Assembly (NCBI GenBank): GCA_964187785.1
Contig: OZ076409.1
Coordinates: 63,304,001-63,368,000 of the forward strand
Direction: 5' to 3'
Origin: Amphiscolops sp. MND2022
Lineage: Eukaryota
DNA length: 64,000 nucleotides
The first letter of the stretch is position 1, and every line of letters begins with the position of its first letter. Both the position numbers and the translations under genes were made by a program. A model generated the notes under the pieces. It did not search any database. It was not told where the DNA came from and saw nothing but the letters and a program-made list of their open reading frames with translations. Of this stretch, positions 20,167-32,578 are shown in pieces.

Positions 20167-21959
20167 AGCGTTTCTATTTTTACGGACCAATAGCGTCGCT
20201 TGTTGACAGAATTATTTGTGCCGGTACTAGTTAGATTAAGCTTGGTTGCTAATAGCAACGCTTACTAGCTAAGAGAAAAGAATAGAACCGCCTACGCTTT
20301 CCGTTTCCACTCCGCTTGCTACTGCTGCTCAGCCAAGAGCAATCTCAATGCGTACGGAACACTTACGGAACGGATTGTAAAATTGTATTCTGCTGCTCAG
20401 CTATAGGTAATCTTAATACGTAGCATCTACGGAGCGGATTGTAAAATCACAAATGAGAAATACTGCTTCAAACGAAATCCAAACGAAGCTTTTTAAATCG
20501 ATGCTTTTGGAAGATTTAAGAGTTATGGTTTTTACACAAGGGAAACTGTACTGTAGGGAAGAATGATAGAAAATTGCAATGATGATTTTTACGTTCTGGT
20601 TTTTATGTTTTATACTATCATCATGATAAATCACTAAAAACACGTTGACATTACGCCTTACTCAGTTCCTCATTAAGGGAACAAATCTACTCGATTTACT
20701 ACAGCATTTAAAATATCTTAATGATAATCCTAATATGGGACGTAAGGTCAACGTCAATTCATCGGTTTCAAGTCAATAGTGATAGTAACATTTCTATGAT
20801 AATGACAATCGAGCTAGTGACCAGACTTCGATCATGTTTTGATAAATTTCATGATTATTGTGCAAAGTGTTGAAGTTGCTTTCCATTTATTATGAATATG
20901 TTGCGCTCATCTTTGTTGCATTACGTTAAAGTCCCGTTTGGGCTTAGTTTTGTGTTTGATGTAAATGATATAGCATACCATTAGTAGGTAATTCATATGT
21001 TTGAATTTGGGATTATAATTTCAGCATCGTTTGTTCCTTTATACCAAATTTCTACGTTTTTCCGCCGCTTCCAAGTTGATTCAATCCGTCGCGATTACGT
21101 CGCCATTTTCGAGTGTCATTCTTTTGCTTCGAGATTTAACTTCCCAAGTTGAGAATTGACTAATTGTTCATGCCGGCGTGCCTACGCTGATGGAAATGCA
21201 AGCTAGACTTTTGTTTTACCGCAATTTTGAGACTCAAACAGGAAGTGAGATTGCATGAACAAAAATGATTTCAACAAATTTTACGGAACGCTGACGTAAC
21301 TAGGAATTTTGATGCCTGTTTTTACGACGCGGGACTGAAATGATATGAATCATTAGCGCTTTTTGTTGAACAAACCCAATTTTTGTGATACCTAGGAATT
21401 TTTGGGTGAGGAACAAATGATGCTGAGAAAGTATAAATATGTAATACATACATGTAAACACACAGTTTTTGAATTGCCTTGTAACAATTAGTTCTGTTCC
21501 GTTACTATAACGTATCTAAAGATCTTTGAAGAATTCAACCTTTCCAAAGATACTTTCTCTCTCTCTCTCTCTCAATTAAAATGACAACTAGAAGCCAGAA
21601 AAGGAAAGCGGTAGCTGAGTTGGTCTCTGGTGATTTCGAAACCTCTGTAACCGAAAATTTTCCGCCTGAAGCTCTTGTAGCTAGTTCCAGCAAAATCCCT
21701 AGGATAGAATCTGAGGACTTAACTGAGATAAAAACGTCACTAAGAAAAGAAATTATGTCTGATCTGACTAAAATACTTGCAGAAAATCAAAAGGAAATGC
21801 TCAAGCTGATAGCACCTTTAAACAAAAAACAGACTGTCCATATGAATACTCAAGACTCGGACTCTGAACCTGAGAACGTCTCCGTAGCAAGAACGTCCAC
21901 CCCCGTCAAAACCCACACTGCGACTAACTCTAAAACAACACCAGTAAATAGTCGTAACA
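20167..21959 (+). repeat. Probable LTR (solo or 3') of a different family with an internal read-out ORF
   Basis: TATAAA at 21432, (CT)n at ~21555, ORF MTTRSQKRK... from 21581 with a coiled-coil-like segment. Ends CGTAACA (LTR-like ...ACA), after which the ORF loses protein-like character. Start hidden in the gap. Confidence 0.55.
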
Positions 21960-22116
21960 CCTACTCACCGTCAGCCTTTACCTTCTTTCTCAAAACCACC
22001 TACTTACAGCCTAAGCAGTTTATAATTGTAAAAGCGTTCAAAGATCATCTAGGAAACTGGAACTAATACTGACATGCTCTGGGTTTTTTAGCTAACTATG
22101 AAATCGAAAGCATGTA

Positions 22117-25100
22117 TTTATTATTTTCCGCCTATATTTGATATGGGAAAGGAAAATATTTAAATCAAACGGTTCTTTTTTACAAAATTTGCCAAGCACC
22201 AAATTTATACTTAACTTTAAGGGTGTTACCCATAGAATTCAACTCACATAAATTTAGCTTCGTGCGATTTTTATTTGTGGAGATTTTTGGACTTTTTTGG
22301 GGATGACGAAAATGAACTCATAATGACCCAAAATGACCCCGAAAATGACAATAATTCAAAAAAATTTCCCAATTTTTAACGTTTCTTATGCCGTTTTTGT
22401 CATTTTTCGATAGACATCGTGGATTAGAATATTAAAAACGTTCAACAAGGCTCGCATTCGTCTTCCAATAGTCTTCTTTGAAGAGATAAATGAGGTTTTT
22501 CAAAAGAAAACTAACACAAAAATGACAAAAATTCCAAAACTTTTCAATTTTTAACGCTTTTATGCAACTTTTGTCAAATTTTCGATAATCTTCGTGGATT
22601 AGAATGTTGAAAACGCTCAACATGGCAGGAATTCGTTGTCCCGTAGGCTTTCCCGAGGAGATAATTGCTGTATTCTAATTGAAAAAAATCTCAAATTGAA
22701 ACCGAAAATGGCAAAAACACAACAATTTCCAATTTCAATGTTTCTATGCAGTTTTTCGCTAGACTTCGTAGAATGTTGAAAACGATCATCAAAGTAAGAA
22801 TTGGTTGTCCAGTAGGCTTTTCCGAAAAGTTAATTGCGGCTTTCAAGTTGGAAAAATCTCAAATTGGGACCGATTTTGACAAAAAATCCAAAAGTTTGAA
22901 TGTTCTATTGAATTGAAGTTTCGGCAGACTTCGTGGTTTGGAAAACTTTAAAGGGTCCTCAGGAAAAAAGTGGTTGTCCAGTAATCTTTTATTAAAAGAT
23001 AATTGCAATATTCTGAATGAAAATGTCTCACATTGACACCGAAAATGACAAAAATCCCAAAACGTTCAACTTTTCAAAGATTTTGTGCATTTTACCCAAA
23101 TTTTTTGACTGTCTTTCTGTTTACAAACGTTGAAATGGGTCAACAAGGCAAAAATGTATTGTCCAGTACGCTTAGAAAGGAGATAAATGCAATTTTTTGA
23201 ACGAAAACTGTCCAGAATTGACATCGAAGAAGACAAAATTTCGAAAGAAAACTCCCGATTTTCACTATTTTGTTCAATTTTTGTCAAAATATCGATAGAC
23301 TTCGTGGACTACAATGTTAAAACACCTATGGCATGGGCAAATTTGTTTTTTCAACGAGCTTTCACTACAAGATAAGTTCAATTTGTAAAAGAAAAATGCC
23401 TCAAATTGACCCTGAATTGTCGAAAACTTTTAAAGTTTTTGTCGTTTTGGATGCCATTTCTGTACAATTTCCGAAAGACTTCGTTCTAAGTTCCAACAAA
23501 ATCAACTCAACAACAAAAGAACGAGCTATGAATTATATTTTCGAAGAGAACGTTGCAGCGGTTTGCTTCAAATACACTTCAGAATGACTCCAAAGGAGTC
23601 GAAAAAATTCAACAGCTGAGTTTTGTGCAACTTGAATACTTTTTGAATCGATCTGTTGTCAAACTGTTGGCAAACGATCATCAAAGAAGACTGAACTTGT
23701 AATCCAAAACGCTTTTAAAGGAATTTTTGCAGACTTTGGTTGGAAAATAGCTCAGATTGACCGCAAATGTCGAAAGTGTCGAAAGTATCGAAAGTTTTGT
23801 CAATTTCTGACATTTTCAGTGAATTTTTCCGTAAGATTGGAAAATTTTGATAAAATAAAAACTTCGAAAAGCGCCAGATGATAAAACTAACTCCGAAGAA
23901 TGTTTTCTAAAAAATTGCCTGGTTTATGGTCAAAATTTTCCCCAGAATGACTCAGATATTGGAAAAAGTGTGAGATTTTTTAAGTTTTTCTTACATTTAA
24001 GGCCGTTTTGAGTACAACTTTTGAGCTACTCACATAAAATGGTTTTAAAAACTCAACAAGGACCATTCGAGGTATCTCCAGTAGGCAATCCTAACCCAAA
24101 AATCTATGAAACAACAAAAAAGCACGTTGTTTGACAAACTAATCCTAATTTTTGTTCAAACCACGAATGTTCTTTTAAGAATAGAACTACTAATGACCTG
24201 AGCGTTTAAACATTACAGTATTCAAAACTCATTTGGGAGAAAAAGTGACATGAAGTTCATCGAGTTTACAGCAAAGGGTGTCAAAGTTTCCGAACTTTCT
24301 TTTTTTCGACATCATAGTCCCAATTTTGGACACTTTCCGAACATTTACTTCAATCAGCATGACCATAGGCTCAAAATTGAAACGTGTAGCTACCGGTAGT
24401 GTTTTGAAAACATATCAGACTAGTTAATTTGCACGGCTTTCAAAAACTTTACCTAAAAACGTAAATTTCGACTTCATTTGTCCAATATTTAATATTCAAA
24501 AACCTTCAAGCAAAACCACTAGATATGGAGTACACCTTTTAAAGGAAATTGTTTCGAGCTACTTCGTGGGTAAGAATGGTGTAAACATTCAACAACAACT
24601 AAACTCGGTGTCCAGTGAGCTTACTTTTGAAGAGCCATCTGTAGATTCATGTTAGAAAATTCCTCAATTTGACCCAAAGGTTATCAAAACTATTTCTAAT
24701 TTTTGACACTTCTGGTGAAACTATGTGCAATAACATAACAAACCGGGGTCGCTCAACTTTCCTAAAGTTGCAAAAGACTTAGTATCAAGTTTTTACCATT
24801 TTCTCAGTGCCAAAAATACCTCAATAAATACGTGTGAGACTAGGAAACCACTTTTTCTCCAACAGGAATCACAAAAATTCAGTTTTTGGTTTTGTCCAGT
24901 TAAGTTTTACTATGGCGAAACATGTTTCAAGTTGCAAAACTACTTTTCTCAAGCCGAAATCAGCTATGAAAGCAAGGTAGTACTCTTTGATCAAATGAAA
25001 GTTTCAGAAGGACGCCAGAGCCGAAAAAACTGAAATGAGGTAATTTCCACAATCAATAAGAAACCTCGTCAGTTCCAAATGATCAAAAGTAACAAAGAAG

Positions 25101-25437
25101 TCACCCTCAAGACGCGGAAAACTTTATTTTTATTTACAGAAAACCTCAAAATCTAAAAATTGCGGAAAATATTTTTCGAAAATTAAATTCCAAAAGCTCA
25201 TTGAAAATTTTCTCTTTTCTCATTAAGTCGCACAGTGCCGAAAAAATGAAAAGGGGACAGCTATAACAGAAACAATAGATCAGGCGTTTCCTTTAAAATG
25301 GGCTAAGATGAATCTTTTCTTTTCTTCGAACTTCTTTGCTTTTTTATAGTGCATTGGCTATTTTTGAGCCTCAAATTTATGTAGTTGTAAAACAGTTTGC
25401 GGCGGAAAATGTCTCGCTGCTCAGTGGGCGTCTCGTT
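22117..25437 (+). mobile_element. Long non-autonomous Helentron/HINE-like repeat (family B) with internal tandem arrays
   Basis: Reverse-complement homologue of 60081-63153. Subterminal TTATTTTCCGCC ... GGCGGAAAAT. Ends GTCTCGTT. Degenerate ~120-140 bp internal repeats. Confidence 0.6.
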
Positions 25438-26185
25438 CTGTATTCAAATCACACTCTTTTGCTGCAAAATTTAAAAGTTCCACTTTTTCAAAACGTTCAA
25501 GTAGGATGATATATATAAATAATTTATCCTGACGTTACTACAACCCAGTTTCGAAGTTTGAACCCGATTCACTATATGAATTGATCACGTATTTATTTTG
25601 ATAATGAAACCATTTCATGACAAATGTTCAGAGGCATGCAGGGTTCTTAAATTTTTATATTATATTGGAAAGATTTGAATTTTTAGAATAACTCAAATTA
25701 TTCATGAATTATTTGGAATCAGAGGAACGGAATAAGATCCACGAATTAGATCAAAATCGAAAACGTGAATTAGACCTAAAAGTAACTTGGTTTCGTCTTA
25801 TTCTTGTTTTAGGTACTTTTCTTGTACATTGGTAATCGAAAAATAGAGTAAAGTAGAAAACCGAATTCTATCTAAAGGAATAAGATCTAAAATGACATGC
25901 TAAACTTCGAAAAGAGGAACAAGATCTAAAATTGACTTGAATAAGATCTGAAACTCCGAAGTGGAATAAACTAGATCCGAAGAAAAAATTATTTGAAGTA
26001 TAAAACATGCCTCTGATATGTCCTAAATTCCTTTAGTGCCCCCTGGGGCCGCTTATCTTCCCATCTTGCTAGTAGTCAAACGGGAGCAAAGACCTAGCGG
26101 GAACAGAGATCGCGAAGCGATCACAGTGGTGAGAGCTAGTCTTTGCAACGGCGAGGGCGAGCATCCAGACATCGGATTTGCCCCG

Positions 26186-27933
26186 CATCATGAACATTAT
26201 GACTAGATAAATCACCATTTTGGTGAACTTCGTCCTGTTCATTTCTCAGATTGCTTTTTGCATTCAGGCTCCGCTGAACTTCGGGATTAGGTTCCGGTCT
26301 CTCAGCCAGAACGTTCCAACCTTTTCTGGTCACATGTCCTGATCCAGCCATAACGACGTTTTGAATCTGGGGAAGTACCTGATTGCTTATAGCGTCATTT
26401 ATGGCCCTTTGGATTTGGACACTGACTGAATTCATCATCTCGTCCATTTCTCGGGATATGCGAGAATTTAGCTCACTTGACAATCTATTGATTTCAGCAC
26501 TTGAATTAGCAGTAACTGAGTTACGGTCAAAATCGGCACTGGTACTAGGGTTGGTAACCCTCTGGTTCCTATGTGTGCTACCTTCACCATTTTCTGATTC
26601 ATTGCTAATGAGGCTTCCTGACCTCCTAGGCAGGTTGCTATTTAAGCTCCCTTCTCTCCTTCTTGCATTGAAATGATTTTCGCCTGACATTATATCAAGA
26701 TTTTCAATGTCTGACAGCATTTCAAGTCCTCTTGACTTTCTAGCTTTCTTCTGTTTCCTAGTTGTAGGCATTAAGACACACCGGGTCAAATATTGAACTA
26801 TTTAAACCGGAATACTAACAGGGTTACTATTTTATAAACATCGTATCTAGATCAGGTAAAGGAAAAATTGTGTCCCTCCTGGGCAAGATGTCTCAATATA
26901 TACTCCCAGGTGAGTGACATTCACATTCTTTACATTCACGAGTTAAGAAATGAAATCATATGATACGCAACATCCAAGGAAATATCCTAGCGCTTGCATA
27001 TTTCGGGATTTTCAGTCAACAACATCAGAAAGATGTTCAATCAGTTTAATAGCATCAAACAAATTATCAGCTAAAGTACTTCCACCGAAGTGTCAACAAA
27101 TACCTCAGGTTACATTCTTCACAATGGAATGTGCTGAAGGCACGTGCCGACACACGCTTACTATTAGGTGCGTCAAGAAAAAAAAAGCGCTAATACATGT
27201 TTGGATTTAATACGACTCAATTTTTAATATTAGCATCTCAGAGGTACATTTTCATATTATGGCCAGAATTGGCCAAAACTATAAGGTGGAATAATACATC
27301 AAGTGGATGTGGAAAATGGCCTTAATTGTCCATTTCACTCGGATAAGTTTATTCAGTTACTAGTACAGCACATAAGCATGCATTTAGTGTAAAGCACAAA
27401 CAGATTAGCTCCGGTAATTAGCGCCAATGCATCATAATACACAAATTAGACGGAACCGGCCATTTGACTAAAGTACCAATAAAAGCGAGCCATATTAAGT
27501 CAAAAGGCCTTATTCGGCCAGAATTGAACAAAGCACTAATACTACAAAAGAAACGATCTGATTGTCTAATAATTGCACTGCGAGCTTTAACGCCGAGAAG
27601 GGACGTTTCCGCATTCGGACTTGTTTCATTCTTGCGATTAATTTGCATGCTTCTTACCATTGCATCATTTCAATCTGCATTTCAACTTCACATCTTTTAC
27701 AAATTTCATCAACAATCCGATTTGGATAATCTTAAATCGTAATTTTTAACAGACTAATTACATAAGTAGCAACGTATAAAAAATGTACTGATTGAAAAGA
27801 TAGACATAACTGTCAAATATGAGTTTCAAATCCAAAAGTTTAGTTCAAAATATTGGTGATGTACCTGGCATATTTTCCTGTCCTGTAGTTGATGTGGTTA
27901 TCTTCGTGCCATCACAGGCGGCAGCCTGGGACA
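26186..27933 (-). repeat. 3' LTR of element 2 (contains read-out ORF 26771-26136)
   Basis: Homologous to 33696-35458. The terminal CA is altered or lost. Confidence 0.9.
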
Positions 27934-28628
27934 CTGCGGGTGCGATAAAAAGCAAACTACCTGCGTTCAATCCGTTGATATAGGCCTTCCGTCTCAATTT
28001 TGTGAATTCGGGTTCGTCACGGGGGGTTGAACTTTCCATGTACCAATTGATCATTTCTTCCTTGATTTCGTCTACTGATCGTCCACAGACCATGCACTCC
28101 TTGTAGAGCTTCTCGCTGACGTTTTCTTATGGCATCGTATTCTGCACGTGGTAGGAGGTGTGAAAGGTTCCCATAACCATGTGAACTAGGGCAGTGTCCC
28201 GACTAGGCCCTCTCTCATGTTCCGGTGATGACATTGGCGTTTCAAGAACGGGCGATATCGTTTTGCAGAGTTCTATGCGCGTCTTTTCGAACTTCCTTGG
28301 CGGAGCATACCACTTTTCTTTGTCGAAGTATTTAAGGTCCAGCTTTGGTGTCACATCTTCTTGCGCTTGGGATGAACTCGGCCCTGCTCCCGCCTCATCT
28401 CCTTCGGGATCGTCCATTGTCTTGAATCGGCCACCGATTAACATGGGGCTAGATATAACCTCCCTATCGATTCGGACTATTAGTTGCTCGGTGTCCGTAG
28501 AACAATCAGTTTCCCAATCTGAAGATTCGTCTTCGCTGCTGGATATATAGATCACTGATTTATCAGTTCCGTCAGAGTCACAATCTTCTAAGTCGAACAG
28601 TTTTCTAGCAAGATTAAATTATGCTCAT
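27845..28628 (-). pseudogene. Frameshifted homologue of the 260-aa sense accessory ORF
   Basis: SDWETDCSTDTEQL, CMVCGRSVD and APAVSQAAACDGT shared with 17483-18265. Confidence 0.88.
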
Positions 28629-29691
28629 TATGAGTTTTTTAGCTATTTTTGAAGCTAACAAAGGCAACTGGCCTGTAACAAGATTTGAGGTAGAATGAAT
28701 TTATCAAATTCAAGAATTTAGCCTAGTCGGGCCTTTTCCCGGCAATTCGTTTTGGCGGTCGAGTCTCCGACAAAACATCCTAATCCGATAATGAACATTC
28801 CTGAATGGAATTCCATAATTAGTCGGCAGTCTTTGATAGTTTGATGTTTACCCCTCATCAATTTTGTTACTAGAAAAGTTGTGAATGACGCTTGAGTTGT
28901 TAATATCAACTTCACCCATTTCAAGTAGGTAATTAACGTGCCGCTTGAGGGTAATTATCGGCACGCGACATCAAACTTTCTCAAAATGGCTCCGACCAAT
29001 CAGAATTACACTTTGATAAATTGAAAATTGAAAAATAATATGGCGTAAAATAATAATTCCAAATAATCCAAAATGGCGAAATTTTAAATAAGAATAACTG
29101 GGATAACAGAACAAAACGGTAAAACTAAACGGGGCAGACGGCCATAGTTGGCCACTAACTAAACAAGCTGTACATAATGAAGGATTTTCTGAACATTTCA
29201 CTGGCAGACTCCATGTACATTTTTAAATATGTAGATAATCATATAATTTTAGTCTGGTAATCTTCTTCAGCCACGATCTCCAAATTTCCCTTTTCGATAG
29301 TTACATTATCCAATTCCTTTGACATTTCCATTGTTAAGTTAGTATTGTCCACACTGGCACCCTTTTTACGGCATCCAACCATATCGGTCTTCAACTCTGT
29401 TGCTGACTTATCCCTCCTTCTGGAGCATCCTGAGCTTCCCTTTTCCAGCCATACCCGGCTCGAATCCACAACTCCCGACAGCTGGATCAGAACAGTCCCC
29501 GTCGGAACAACAACATAAAAGAAACATGTCTTCAAATTCAGGTTGGTCTGGGTTTCCTTTATTGAACTAGTTTAGCTTGATCAGGGCTAGACTTTGTTCA
29601 CACAGTGCTTCCTGTTTCCACTAGTAAACACGTGACAACACGTTTCCCTTGAGTTTTCAATACACTTCCGGAAGATATCTAACGCGGTAAA

Positions 29692-31319
29692 ATGGATTCT
29701 TTTCATGGACGCATACCGCCTAATTTCATCTCTTTTCTTTAGAGAATCAAACTACTGAAGATGCCAAGACACCAGCCAACACTTCTGCCAATGCCCCACT
29801 CACTGATTCTCCAACTAACGTGGAACCACAAATTCAAGACCCGATTACGACTCAAGAGACAACTCACCATCGGGTGGAAGGCGTCACTTCTACCCACAGT
29901 GCAGATAGTGATGCAGAGATGTGACAGCGTACGCTGAGTCCATGGTCCGACAATAAGAGAGTGCACAGACGCTAAGCCAGTCACAAGAAGACGTCACTCA
30001 CACAGAGCCAACTGTAGGTGAAGCCCCAAGAGTCTCAGGTGATTCCTCAACACCAGTCGCAGCAGAGGACAGGAGATCAAGTACACCGCTAGCATCTGAT
30101 GAAGAAGAAACCCCAAACGTTGACCTGTCCGCCTTGGAATCAGCTTTCCAGGTAGTCATGGCCTCTGACTCTCAATTATCGGAGCTCGTTGATCCCGCTC
30201 ATTCTGGCAACAACACCAATGGCTATTCACCTGCTCAACATGATAGTGAAGCTGTATCTTCCGTCTGTGATGCTCCATCTCTTCCTGGGGATGAGTGTAA
30301 AGTCCGCTATTTAGCCAACCAGGCGAAGATGATGGGGGGACTGAACAGTCAAGCTTGTTAGCACTAGTAGCCTTAATGGACGTCGTCCATTCTCTCATGG
30401 ATCTGAGACCGAAAGAGGAGACGAGACTGGTTCGGGGCTCCTTGTTCCTGGTTCCAGTAAACAGCCCCCTACGAACGTCCCATCACAAAGAGAACCCCCA
30501 CGTCTTTCCAGGAGAAGCCGCGCTATCCTGAAGGAATACTTCGATGAATCTCCATCAACTCGACTCCCAGTAGGACATACCACCGTGGCCGTTACTGAGC
30601 CACAGGTTTATCACCTCTTTAGGGTCCTTACCGATGAAACCCTTAGCCGAGCACTTTCCACCATGGAACGGATGGTAGTCGATGCTGATCGGGGGAACCC
30701 GACTGTCGCCCCTTCTCGGACTGCTCATTTCTATTCTGCTAGACGTGCCCAATTTCCTGGACCGGGCAATGATGGAGATTCAAGTGGGAGCGAAACTGAA
30801 AGCGAAGCAGTGTTGGTAGCTAAGGACTCTGAACTGTCCAGTTCAGGTGAGACAGGAGATTCCCCATACTATGGGGAAAGTGACAGCGCCACGGAAATGG
30901 ACCTCATATCGAAGTCTTTCAAGAAGACAGCTGATACGCAAGGCACATCATTGCCCAAGACGCCCATTTCGAATGCTCCAGGAGAATTGGGGACTGACAC
31001 ACTAGAGTACAGCAGTCAAGATGCCACACTTTTCGAAATCAGAGACCAAGCTCGTGATACAGCCATTGCCGGACCGTCAAAACCCAAGAAAAAGAAGGGC
31101 AACAAGAAACTCTCTGGACGAGGTGTACCCATGCGAGAAGAGTTCGTTTCAAAAATCGGATGGACTAGGTTCTTCATTTCTGGGCCCTCTGACCCACTCC
31201 AAAATCCCCATATGGTTTGGTGTCACGTCTGCAAGAAGAACTTTTGATCTAGTTGTTGTAGATCTAGATGTTGTAGATCTAGACACCATCGTACTGAACG
31301 TCATCTGCGCCGGGACCAG
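29692..31319 (+). pseudogene. 5' remnant of the antisense zinc-finger/hAT-like gene in element 2
   Basis: MDSF start, EPQVYHLFRVLTDETLS, GVPMREEF.SKIGWTR.FISGP.DP, WCHVCKKN and RHHRTERHLRRDQ all match element 1. Frameshifted. Confidence 0.88.
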
Positions 31320-32578
31320 TTTATAAGAGTGGTCTGTGAAATTGTTGACAGGTATCGATATACTGCCATCATTCAGGGTGACCAAAGCTGGGCAAAAGGT
31401 GATGTCACCTTCTTCGTGTAGAAGGTCACTAGGTTGTAATATCCCAGTAACAGCATTCTCGGAATAAAGTAGGGAGTTGGTCCTAATTAGGACTCTGTCG
31501 TTTGGCGGAATGGTGACTTCTATGGGGTTAAGTATTGGTTCTAGCACGTTGGAATAACGGTGATCAGCTGTCTTGAGATGCATCGAAAAGAACGGGAAAT
31601 TCAAAATTCCTTGTCTCATGTCCAGAACTGTATGATTTCGTTGAAAGAATATTAGTCCTACGATTGGTCTCGTTAGGTTCTCCATCACTATGAAGATTTC
31701 ATGGAACTCAATATCACCAACTTCGAATTTGAGCTCTATGGTACTCTTGGGAGTTTCTAATTGTCCATTTGCGAACATTATTTGAAAGTTCGGAGGCGGA
31801 CCTTCACGGATAAAAGATTGTGGTGATAAAAGTCGGATTTTCTGTAGGTCATTTCACGCATTGCACTGGATAATGCTCCAGTGTCGATTATGCCGTCTAT
31901 GGTCAATTCCCCAAAGTCCATCGGGAAACATAGCATGCGTTTTTTGCATTTGAGGATGATACTGGTCGAAAGTGGTATACAGTCTGGTTCAACTTCTCTA
32001 GTGATAAGGATATTTTGAAATTGTTTTTCATCCAATAATGATTGCGGAATTGGTTCAGCACAGGTTTCAGTATTCTCGGTTCCCAAGGGGTTTGGGAACA
32101 CCGGATGGGTGGTACCATCATTCATCTGCCAATTTTCAATCAACGCTCTGGTTTTCTTATTATGTGTTATTGGACGATTTTCGTGGACTGTGGTTTGGTA
32201 ATGGGCTATATCATCTAGGACGTACTGGAACTGAAGTAGGTCCTGGTTGTAGATCTCGATGTCCTAATAGGGATCACTGCCAAAGTCTGGGTCAATATAT
32301 GTTGGGTTGTAGTCATCTATTAAGGGAATGGGCCTGAACCGGGTAGTAAAGGTGTTTGTGTAGTCAGGATCCCAAACAGGAATTGGTTTTTGGAACAAAT
32401 GGGTATTGTTGTAAGTTGTGATGATAGCTTTTTCCATCTGTTGCTGCCAGACAACAGAGGGATAACCCATCAATTGTTGATTGTATTCGTGAAAGGTTTT
32501 TGTTGGAGGGTCCGACCTGATGTATTGGCGGACGGATACAAGTTGGTGGTATTGGAGTCGTGGCGAAGTTAGTTTTTT
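31320..32578 (-). pseudogene. pol: Truncated, disrupted pol of element 2 (protease and dUTPase-like part only)
   Basis: IIDTG motif, an in-frame stop and frameshifts. Ends at DHSYKL at the deletion junction. Confidence 0.9.

Noticed and set aside
22300..23300. CRISPR-like regular repeats
   Set aside because: Degenerate tandem units without unique spacers, eukaryotic context, no cas genes.
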